Source: Octopus bimaculoides (Eukaryota). Taken from it: DNA of 43,464 nucleotides. Shown piece by piece: positions 34,150 through 43,464 of this stretch (its first letter is position 1; every line of letters begins with the position of its first letter). The DNA lies in NCBI RefSeq assembly GCF_001194135.2, contig NC_068981.1, positions 81,008,521-81,051,984 of the forward strand, given 5' to 3'. The translations under genes were made by a program, and so were the position numbers. A model generated the notes under the pieces. It was not told where the DNA came from. It saw only the letters and a program-made list of their open reading frames with translations, and made no database searches.

Positions 34150-34738
34150 GTTCAGGTGTGGTTGTATGGTAAGAAGCTTGCTTCTCAAGGCAGCGAGCTG
34201 GTAGAAACGTTAGCACACCGGGTGAAATGCTTAGCGGTATTTTATCTGCTGTTACGTTCTGAGTTCAAATTCCGCCGAGGTCGACTTTGCCTTTCATCCT
34301 TCCGGGGTTGATAAATTAAGTACCAGTTATGTAATCGACTTTATCCCTTTGTCTGTCCTTGTTTGTCCCCTCTATGTTTAGCCCCTTGTGGGCAATAATG
34401 AAATAAGAAGCTTGCAGGACATCTTGGGTAAGTGTCTTTTGTTATTACTTCATGCCAACCAAAGCCTTGTGAATGTATTTGGTAGACAGAAACTGAAAGA
34501 AGCCCGGTGCGTGTGAGTGTGTGTGTGTGTGTCTTTGTGTTTGTCCCCTACCACCAATTGGCAAGCGTTGTTGGTGTGCTTACATCTCCATAACTTATTG
34601 GGTTGGCAAAAGAGATTAATAGAATAAGTACCAGGCTTAAAAAACGAGAAAGATAAGTATTGTAGTCAATTTATTTGTCTAAAAATTCTTCAAGGCTGTG
34701 CCCCAGCATGGCTGCAGTCTAATGACTGAAACAGGTAA
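34150..34738 (+). mobile_element. CORE-type SINE B with a nested SINE C (34189-34403)
   Basis: Head ...gtaagaagcttgcttctcaa is interrupted by a young family C copy; taagaagcttgc is repeated at 34170-34181 and 34404-34415. Confidence 0.88.
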
Positions 34739-34975
34739 ACAATAAATCACACACACACCACACACATGCTTCTGCTAAACATTACCAAATTAACTTTGAT
34801 TTTCTTCTTTAACAATTAAGCAATTAAGTAAGAAACTCAATTTCATTGTAGTTTTTATTGTAGATTCACCTACACCCCCTCCCAATTTTTTTTTTTCCTT
34901 AGTCCTTTTTTCTCATTTATACTGTTTTTATCTGTCATAAGTAAGAAACCATGTAGTTCTTTTATGCTAAAACAG

Positions 34976-35042
34976 ACTCCACCTGAAATATCTAATGGAA
35001 TTCTCCCACCCCATCACTCTCCACCAACCTATTTTGCCATTG
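34976..35042 (+). CDS. Candidate exon TPPEISNGILPPHHSPPTYFAI
   Basis: Acceptor ttcttttatgctaaaacag and donor TTG|GTAACA; two frames are open, so the peptide is uncertain. Confidence 0.28.
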
Positions 35043-35246
35043 GTAACAGCATTGACCACTGACCTCATTTCTTACAGCAGAGTTTATTAAGTACATCTGC
35101 TGCTTAATGAGCTATCTGTTGAACAATGTTTTGTTTTGTTTCCCTTCTTTTGTTTGTGTGTGTGTTAACACAAGGTTTGGGCACAGGTGTGGCTGAATGG
35201 ATAAGAAGTTGACTTCACAAACATGTGGTCTTGGGTTCAATCACGT

Positions 35247-35462
35247 TTAACCCTTTGTTTACATTCAGATTATTCTGTCAAATGCAATGCTTATTTATTC
35301 ACTACACTATCTTATATAGCTTTGAGATTTAAATGATGTGATTGTTTATTTTAAGAATGGCGATGTAGAGGAAGTGTGAGAGGCCAGATCTGGCCAGTTT
35401 GAACACAAAACAGATAAGATATTTGGTCCGCATATGGCTTGGTTTAAATACTAAAGGGTTAA
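35247..35462. mobile_element. piggyBac-type TTAA MITE copy 4, inserted in a CORE SINE head
   Basis: TTAA-CCCTTTG ... CTAAAGGG-TTAA directly after gtcttgggttcaatcacgt. Confidence 0.88.
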
Positions 35463-35871
35463 TAGTTTCTTTGATACAGGTCTTCTACCGATATGATTAC
35501 CTATGTTAACCCTGGACATACATATGCAAACATATAATGCTCATAGGTTACAGGTAATGACTAAGATAAACATGAGTTTATCAGGAATCAAATTTAAAGT
35601 AAACAGAAAATGGAGAAATATTGATCAACAGCAATTGACTAACATCAATTATTGCTTTTTAATTAAATACAAATAGATTGTATCCCATCTAACAGTTGTT
35701 TCTGCTTCCAGTGTTATACAGTATTGCCATTGAAAATTCTGAAAATAATATTCATCATATTTGGAACATGGAGCTTCATCAGAGTGAAGAGAAATACATT
35801 GAAAAATATCATGGGTATTGCCCATCCCCATCTGGTTTAAAACTAAGTATAGAAAAAAAAACTTATTTGCA

Positions 35872-36160
35872 AGTATGGCTGTGTGTTTAAGAAGCTTGCT
35901 TTGCAACCATGTGGTTTCAAGTTCAGTCCCACTGCGCAGCACCTTGAGCAAGTGTCTTCTACTACAAGCCAGCCTAACAAATGCCTTGTCAGTGGATTTG
36001 GTAAATAGAAACTTTGTAAAAGCTCATTGCATGCGTATGCGTGCATGTGTCTTTGCATCTGTGTTTCTACTCCCCACTGTTTGACAGCTAGTGTTGGTTT
36101 GTTTACGTCCCCATAACTTAGGATTCAGCAAAAGAGATTTGTTCAACTTAACCTTTCAAG
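35872..36160 (+). mobile_element. CORE-type SINE family B
   Basis: gtatggctgtgtgtttaagaagcttgc...accttgagcaagtgtcttctac. Confidence 0.85.
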
Positions 36161-36295
36161 TTGGTCTCCCAGCATGCCTACAATCCAAAGACTGAATCAT
36201 GCAAAAAGATAAGACTCATCATCAACATGACATCCATTTCGTGATACATGGTTTATATTTGCACTGACCAAGATGTCTTTCCTATTTGTTTTTTA

Positions 36296-36710
36296 TTAAT
36301 CCTTTAGCATCAGGCCCATATATTACACATGTTTTATGTTCACTATGGCCACATTCAGTCTTTCACACCTACCATACAGTGTCATTCTAAAAATATACAA
36401 TCATATCATTGAAATCGTGTTGCTACAAGATTAGGCATGATTAATTCAAACCAATTGGAGGAAACAAGCACTGTTTGACAAAGTAATCATCATCATCATC
36501 ATTTAACGTCCATTTTCCACGCTGGCATGGGTCAGACGGTTTGACTCAAACTGGTAAGCTGCACTAGGTTCCAATCTAATTTGGCATGGTTTCTATGGCT
36601 GGATCCCCTTCCTAATGCCAACCACTCCAAGTGTGTAGTGGGTGCTTTTTACATGCCAGTTACAAAACACCGGCATCAGTCATGACTACAATCTCATGTT
36701 AAGGGGTTAA
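36296..36710. mobile_element. TTAA MITE copy 5 split by a family E LINE 3' end (36488-36696, - strand)
   Basis: MITE body runs to gacaaagtaatc, then (cat)n-ttaacgtccattttccacgctggcatggg..., then resumes atgttaagggg-TTAA. Confidence 0.8.
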
Positions 36711-36785
36711 TCTAGGATATTGGGCAATGTCCAGCTCTTTAGATCTTCTTTTCTAGATTGTTTTTGACATATTTCAAATAATTTT

Positions 36786-37000
36786 TTAACCCTTTAGCAT
36801 TCAAACTGGCCATATCAGGCCTGTTTTATGTTCAAACTGACCAGATGTAGCTTCTCAGATCTAGCCTACAATATCATTCTAAAAATATGCAATTACATCA
36901 TTGAAACCTCAAAGCTATAGGATAATGCATGATTAATTGAAAATGGTGTGAATAAATTGGCATTACATTTGACAGAGTAATCTGAATGCTAAAGGATTAA
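36786..37000. mobile_element. piggyBac-type TTAA MITE copy 6
   Basis: TTAA-CCCTTTAGCATTCAAAC ... GAATGCTAAAGGA-TTAA. Confidence 0.9.
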
Positions 37001-37984
37001 ATAGCTTAGTCAGCAAATAAGGGACAACACCTATGACCATTGTTTCCTTAAGGGAGCTCAAGCACTTATGAGTGGGAGAAAAAAAGATAGGAAGAAGCCA
37101 TGACTCATTGATTATTGTAATAGAAAGTGGTACATTTAGACATAATACTCAATGCTTATAAGAAAGTGCATTCTGTTAAATGCATTCAAATTTAAAGGCC
37201 AGGGGTTTTGGTGTTTAGATAGATGACAATGGATTTAGATCTATCACCTATGTAATCACAACCTATTCACTGAATGACTGCAACAGAACATTTTTTGTTT
37301 TCGTTTCAATCATTATTTTTAAGTTTGGCACTTATTCTGTTGATCTCTTTTTGCCAGACAGCTAATTCACTGGGACATAAACAAACCAACAACGGTTGTC
37401 AAGTAATGAGGAACAAATAAAGATTCACATATACTCACACATATATACAATAGGTTTCTATTCAGCTTTCATGGTCTTTCTTTTGGATAAACATCAGTGT
37501 AGTGGAGAGGTTACAGTTGCATGGGTAACTACCATTCTTCATATGCCCAGTCTTGCACAAATATATATAGATGGCAACCCTCCTTGGTTGAAGGAGGCCA
37601 TAGAGGATGGAGAGAAAAGAAACATGGTGTGTTAGTGTGTGTGTGTATCTTTGACATTCAAACATTATATGTCATGTTCATTTGCTTTAACTGCCATATA
37701 GCATGACACTATGTCTACACACTTTATATCCTTTTCCATTTGTGCACAAAGAGGGAAATCCTTTGTTGACAAGAGGACTTTTTTCTATTTTCTTTGTAAC
37801 TTAACAACTACATTGCTATTAGGTCTAATTCTGGCACTAATTACATCACGCAGTTTGCAAAATGCATTTTAAATTCTAATGAATCCTTCAAATGAAGTTC
37901 ATTGTTACATTGTGTGTGTGTGTGTAAGTGTGTGAAAAGTGCTTGTAGTATGTTAAAAGACCTTGTATCATGATGAGCCATCAA

Positions 37985-38190
37985 AGGGGCTCTGCTATAG
38001 GGTCATTTAGCCTGCTAGAAACAGCAGCCTAATCTTCAAATTGCACACTACTGTCCTAAAGAGAACATATTAGATATTGTGGTCCAGAATACTCTTTGTC
38101 TGTAAAAAAGACAGGATGGTCATGAGTGGAACGCCTTTGAACATAGGTTTTCTCAATCAGGGAAAACTTTGGACAAAGCAACAACAACAG
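37985..38190 (+). mobile_element. Repeat family D
   Basis: gcctgctagaaacagcagcctaatc...gatggtcatgagtggaacgcctttgaacatagg...aagcaacaacaac. Confidence 0.75.
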
Positions 38191-38620
38191 TATACCACAA
38201 TAAAATGGTAATGACCTCATTTGTTTAACACCACCACCCAGCCCTTGGGTATCTTTCGGCAGAGTCTATTCTGTTGTAATTATTCAGACCAGGTCTCCAG
38301 TTTGAAAGGAACTTGATATTTTGCCGTGCTTCTTCTTCTGCACTTTGTCTAGTACAGAGCCAGTTTTTGGTTAGAAAGTACACATGGAAATAGGTTTCCT
38401 GGTGATTCCTGCTACCAGATATAACTAAAACTGGCTGCTCTGTATACTGTTCAGCTGAGTAATTTACAGGAATCAAAGAAGTGGTTAGCAGCAACCCATT
38501 AAATGCTTTCTTCATTTTCACCTCTAGTCTCAGAGTTCCTGCAATGATAATGGGCACTAGATATGACTAACCTCATCCCAAGGAATTCAGTTAGTTTCAA
38601 AACATTATTGAAAGAATTCA

Positions 38621-38838
38621 GGCAGTGAGCTGGCAGAATTGCTAACATGCCAAATGAAATGCTGCTAAGCATTTTGTCCGTCTTCATATTTTGAGTTCAA
38701 ATTCTGCCGAGGTTGACTTTGCCTTTCATCCTTTTGCAGTTGATAATATAAGTACCAGTTGAATATTGGGCTTGATGTAATCAACTTACCCCCTCTCCTG
38801 AAATTGCTGGCCTTGTGACAAAATCTGAAATCATTATT
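38621..38838 (+). mobile_element. SINE family C
   Basis: ggcagtgagctggcagaattgc...gagttcaaattctgccgaggttgactttgcctttcatcc. Confidence 0.88.
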
Positions 38839-39441
38839 AAAAGGATTCCATTGTATAAAACACATATTTCTAACTAATAACAATTTGACTGAGCCACACA
38901 TTAGAATTAGTTGGCGGCACCAAAAATTGATTTTTTAAAGAATGGCTTCTCTGAGAAATTTCTCTTTGATGAATATGTGGCACTATGAGAGTGTGTTCTA
39001 CTGTGAGGAAACTACTTCCCATTTTTGTCCTCACAATCAATCAAACTGTTGGTCAATTTTACAGAACTTTCAAAGTTAGTGACTACAATCAAATCTGTAG
39101 GCTAAAGCCCATAATATTTAGTATGTGTGTGTGTGTTAAGTAGAATGAAATGTTCAGTTGCTGCAAGTAGAATGAAATAGCTCCAGCAACATGAAGATAG
39201 GCTGAAGAATATTTTCCAGATGCTTATCTATAGTTTGTTAATTTATTTTTTTAAGTTTTATCAGATTGGTAAGATTGCTGATATTGATGACTGTAGAAAC
39301 AACCTAAAAGAGAAGGAGTGGGTTCCAGATAGCTATAGTAATAGTAAACAAGGATCAAGAAAGGTATTTAATGTGAAAGTTAGGAAGAAACAGATAAGAA
39401 GAAACATGGAAGCAAGAGGTGGATAGAATTGGTATGAAGCT

Positions 39442-39686
39442 TATTGAGTTGGTGCATAATTAATTATTGTGGCTTTTTCCAACAAATTTTATTCAACAAA
39501 ACAATATGTAACAAAAACATCTTTAAATGATTATTCCAGAACATACTCACCATTTACTTCAATTACTGCTTCCCATTTGCTTGGCAGACAGACAGACCAT
39601 CATTTAAAGATGTTTTTCTTAAATATTGTTTTTGTTGAATAAAATTTGTTGAAAAAAAGCTGTAATAATTATGCACCAACCCAATA
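39442..39686 (-). mobile_element. Mariner MITE with ~90-bp TIRs and TA TSD
   Basis: TA-TTGAGTTGGTGCATAATT ... AATTATGCACCAACCCAA-TA; the core (39587-39531, - strand) encodes LPSKWEAVIEVNGEYVLE*, a mariner C-terminus. Confidence 0.92.
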
Positions 39687-39770
39687 TTTCAGAGGAGCAG
39701 AAGTCACCGTAACATCGGTAGAAGAGATGAAGAAGTTTACTATTATGGCCATGAGCTTAGTGGTTGTAAC

Positions 39771-40010
39771 CAGGGCCGATTTTAAGCCTATTAGACATAT
39801 GTTCAAATTGGGCCCTGTGCCAAGAGAGGGCCCCAAGCACACATTTAAGCAGAGGATGCTATGATGACTTTTTAGTTTATCATTGTTGCTAATGGTGGAG
39901 GCTGAAACCCTCAGTACTCTTTGGCTGGCATATTACACAAAGCATAAAACATCAATCTTCAGCTTTTGTGGAGTAGAGGACCCTACTGACAATTCTCTAA
40001 TTGGGCCTTG
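39771..40010. mobile_element. Possible hAT-like MITE
   Basis: CAGGGCCGATTTT start and a decayed AATTGGGCCTTG end; no matching TSD. Confidence 0.35.
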
Positions 40011-41261
40011 CACTTCCTAGCACCAATGTTAGCTGTAACATATTAGTGTGTGAATCTTTGCTTATTAGCTTGATGAATTTTCTTGTTAACAGTGTTGGGT
40101 GTTTGTATGTGCAACAACAGCCTAGAGATATGAGAGGTACTCTCTCCTGTGGGTCTTTGTAGAAGAGCATCTGAACAAGAATGAAAAATATTTTGTCCCT
40201 GAAGAATGAACCTGGTCTTTAATATGCAGCTTTGGAAAGTTATAAGATGTGCAGTTTCCACGAAAAGGAAATCATCATCAGAGATAGCGACATATACTCT
40301 TTCACATTCACACATTTCCCTGATTATTTACTCTACTAATAAAATATAACTGTTTGTGTGACTTTGGTGATTTCTTTGTTCTCAAGTTTTCAAAAATGTC
40401 AAAATAATCATAAGCTATTTCACTTTCATGAGTTGTATACAAATTAAACTTGAACTAGTAAAATATATCTAGGTAATCTGCAATAAATATTTCAACCTTA
40501 TAGAATCTAATATTGTTAGCATGATTAATCAATTTCCTTGTTAACCTGACGGAGATGTAATAATTGCTAATATCCTGCTCTTCTGTACTCACATGGATCA
40601 GAGGTCCCCCCATTTTCATTCATTCACCACTGCTAAATCACAGAGCAATTACTTTTATGACTCACGATAACTTCAGATAACAGAGGCCATAAGTTTGCTT
40701 AATGGTTTTGAAGTTAAACACTGACTTACACTTTTGAAAAGAGGAGGTATTCACATTATAATCAAAATTAGGAAGTATCTACATTGTCTAAAGTTTTGTG
40801 AAATACACCTCTAAATGTTTGGTTCTTTACTGAAAATTCAATATAGACATATTTATTTTAAGCAAAACCAATAATCTATGTGCAGATCACTATTAGTTAT
40901 CAGAACGTTACCTACAAGAAATGCTGATAAAAACTGGAGCTTTAACAGCTCTGAAATGTCAGCAAGTCAATTTATTTCATGACCTCAGTCTTTCAAGACA
41001 CTGTGGTTTTTGGTTCAAGGCTCTAAGGTCATTTGTATTCAAGGTAATTGGTACTATAAATACTGTTAAACACAGTTACAGTTTAGACAGTATAGAAAAG
41101 TTGATTGGCGTTGAAGTGGATGACTATTTCAAAGACTCACCTAAATACTGCGAAAACTGCTACCCTCTTTATGGAAATGTCACCTAAAGTCCATTATCAA
41201 ATTTATTAACTGACATATCCACACACACACACAAACATGTGCATGCATGTATACATTCATA

Positions 41262-41519
41262 TATGTATATCTATTTTATACATACAAGCACACCTATCAG
41301 GCTCATATATATACAATACATACACACACACGTACCTCTGTCAATTACACACTGTAGTCAACCCTGCCACATCTGAAGTAAAGGACAGCACACTATGTAT
41401 ATCTATTCTATACATATGAACACACCTGTCAGGCTCACGTATACCATACACACACATGCACCTCTGTTAGTTACACACTGTAGTCAGCCCTACCACATCT
41501 GAACTAAAGGACGGCACCC
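41262..41519. repeat. Tandem duplication of a ~130-bp unit
   Basis: Units 41262-41393 and 41394-41519 share ttacacactgtagtca.ccct.ccacatctgaa.taaaggac.gcac. Confidence 0.93.
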
Positions 41520-42129
41520 TATGAATGGTATACTTCTCCTTTACATAACATGTATTAAAAATAATCTGCAAAGTATGGTCACTAAATCTATGAAGCCTGG
41601 CACTTACAAATGACTTGTTTTACTTAACCTTGCCATTCCTCTTCTTATCTCAAAATGACAGCAATATCTTTCATTTTCCTTGGATCTTAGTCAACATTTG
41701 AACACAAGCAATGTTCTTAAGTTTGATATAAAGTTTACATATAAGCTTAACACCAAGCTCTAAACACACTCATTTGACAAGAAAATTTATTTACAGTTCA
41801 GTGCCCTTTAATGAAACAACAAAAGTAGAATCTTCAGTTTGTCTTTATAAGTTTTTTAGTGTCTAAAAATCTGAAGATAGAACACATTTTCAGTATTTGT
41901 CTTTTGGAAACAGCTACCTCTTTAAATACCCTTTTAAAGGAGTTTCTTTTTCCCACCATCTCATAAAACCACAGTGTAATTCATTCATTAATTAACAGAA
42001 TATGAGATAAAGACAAGAGATGTTCTAAAGTGCTTCCTTTTACCATTATTTTCCCTCTTCATGAATAGCATGTCCAATTCTTGATGTATGGTGTGGTTTT
42101 CTTAGGCACAGCTGTTTTGCTGCCACTTA

Positions 42130-42340
42130 TGAGGAGGTGCTGAAAAGTTCCTAGCTTTAAGGGTATTGTGAAAGGCCTGGTAGGAGGCCCAACCGTCCAA
42201 GTTCTTTTATAGGGCTTAGAAAAACTGAAGGACCACTGCAATAAGTTTGTGAATCTGAGAGGGGAATATGTTAAATGTAATCATAATTAACTGATCCTCC
42301 TGTATTTTCTTTTACCCAAAGCCAGGAACTTTTCATCACC
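42130..42340 (+). mobile_element. Mariner MITE (second family)
   Basis: TIR ggtgctgaaaagttcctagcttt vs aaagccaggaacttttcatcacc; 42213-42290 encodes GLEKLKDHCNKFVNLRGEYVKCNHN*. Confidence 0.85.
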
Positions 42341-42587
42341 ATGGTTGCAAAGTGAACTTTTTAATGACACAGCTACGACTGACATTCATGCTCCCAAAGT
42401 TTTTTGAGAGTTATTTAATAATCCTATTTTATATTTATGAAAACTAAATCTCTCTTTCTTTCTACAATTACGGGACTTTTCAACAGTTCAGAAAGGGATT
42501 TGAACCAAACTCTGTGATTTAATAAGACATTTACTAGTTACTATGTGCCTCATGTGGAATTAGAGGGGAAGCGTACCTCCAGAATAT

Positions 42588-42815
42588 TTAACCCTGTAGC
42601 ATTTAAACCAGCCATATCCAGCCCAAATATTCTGCATGTTTTATATTCAAGCTGGCCAGATCATGCTTCTTACACCTACTCTACAATGTCATTCTCAGAG
42701 TAAATAATCACATCATTGAAATCTCAATGCTACAGGATACTGCATCATTAAATCCAAACATTGTGAATGAATAAGTTTTAAATTTGACAGAAAAATCTGA
42801 ATGCTAAAGAGTTAA
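42588..42815. mobile_element. piggyBac-type TTAA MITE copy 7
   Basis: TTAA-CCCTGTAGCATTTAAAC ... GAATGCTAAAGAG-TTAA. Confidence 0.9.
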
Positions 42816-43318
42816 AGCTAGGTTGACTGAGCCATTGACAACTAAGGTGGGTTTTCTTCTCCCCCTCTCCCCTCCTCTCTCTATTGTTTTTTAAAATTTT
42901 TCTGCTTGTAACTTAGGGTAACACTAAGCACTAGATGGGATTAACATTGTTAATGTTGTTGTTGTTTAGCTCCAGGTCAGCCCTGGGTAAACAGAACTAG
43001 AATGCCTTTAATCAGGGGTCTGTTCAATCACAGCTGACTCTGGGCTAAACAGCAACAATATTAATCATTCAAACATTAAAATCTTAAAGGGGTAATCAAA
43101 GTTACTGTTACATGAGTTTCAGCATATCTCAACAGCAACTAATGAAAACGGAATAATGATGCCAAATGGGTTTCTTTTTCTATTGCAAATTTAATGAAGC
43201 ATCTAACCATAACTTCAGCTGCCTTTACACATAGCCTGAGCATATTTTAGGTCACCTTATCAGTTACTGAACTATTTTATATATATCATACAGTAATTGT
43301 TTTCTTTTCTTTTTAAAG

Positions 43319-43386
43319 AGATGTTTGCAGGGAATGAAGTTGAAAAGGTCTGGGAATGTTTCACCACAATTACAAAACAAATGTGT
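43319..43386 (+). CDS. Weak candidate exon near the right edge
   Basis: Good acceptor gttttcttttctttttaaag; two open frames (MFAGNEVEKVWECFTTITKQ or RCLQGMKLKRSGNVSPQLQNKC); donor ambiguous. Confidence 0.2.
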
Positions 43387-43464
43387 ACGCATAACCACAA
43401 AATGCTCACACTCTCACATTCTTTCTCTTTCTTTCTCCCTTCTCATTATCTGTAGCTGCCCCCA

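Overview
AT-rich, microsatellite- and repeat-dense animal genomic DNA with two assembly gaps. The SINE families match, from memory and not by database search, the tRNA-derived OR/OK/CORE-type SINEs of Octopus, so this is most likely an octopus scaffold. No long ORF is a recognisable host gene; most listed ORFs are microsatellite or SINE artefacts. Supported content: (1) the C-terminal part of an RTE-clade LINE at the left edge; (2) dozens of SINE copies of about five modular families; (3) DNA-transposon derivatives, namely three mariner relics that retain transposase C-termini, seven piggyBac-type TTAA MITEs, a hAT MITE with an 8-bp TSD, a pogo-like MITE, a Helitron-like inverted dimer and a ~590-bp foldback element with a telomeric-repeat hairpin core; (4) a sharp CpG-rich to CpG-poor transition near 8.1 kb, suggesting a methylated gene body downstream; (5) several short + strand candidate exons. 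Three of these join in frame into a 63-aa signal-peptide precursor (MYAGSTPWFVMAVITAAISSQTIG-QVTFSVSIHSN-KRKRRK...) whose mature N-terminus and intron position recall AKH/ACP neuropeptides. A candidate recursive splice site and an intronic ACTAAY cluster are also present. All exon calls are manual predictions without transcript evidence, and repeat boundaries are approximate (about 10-30 bp).
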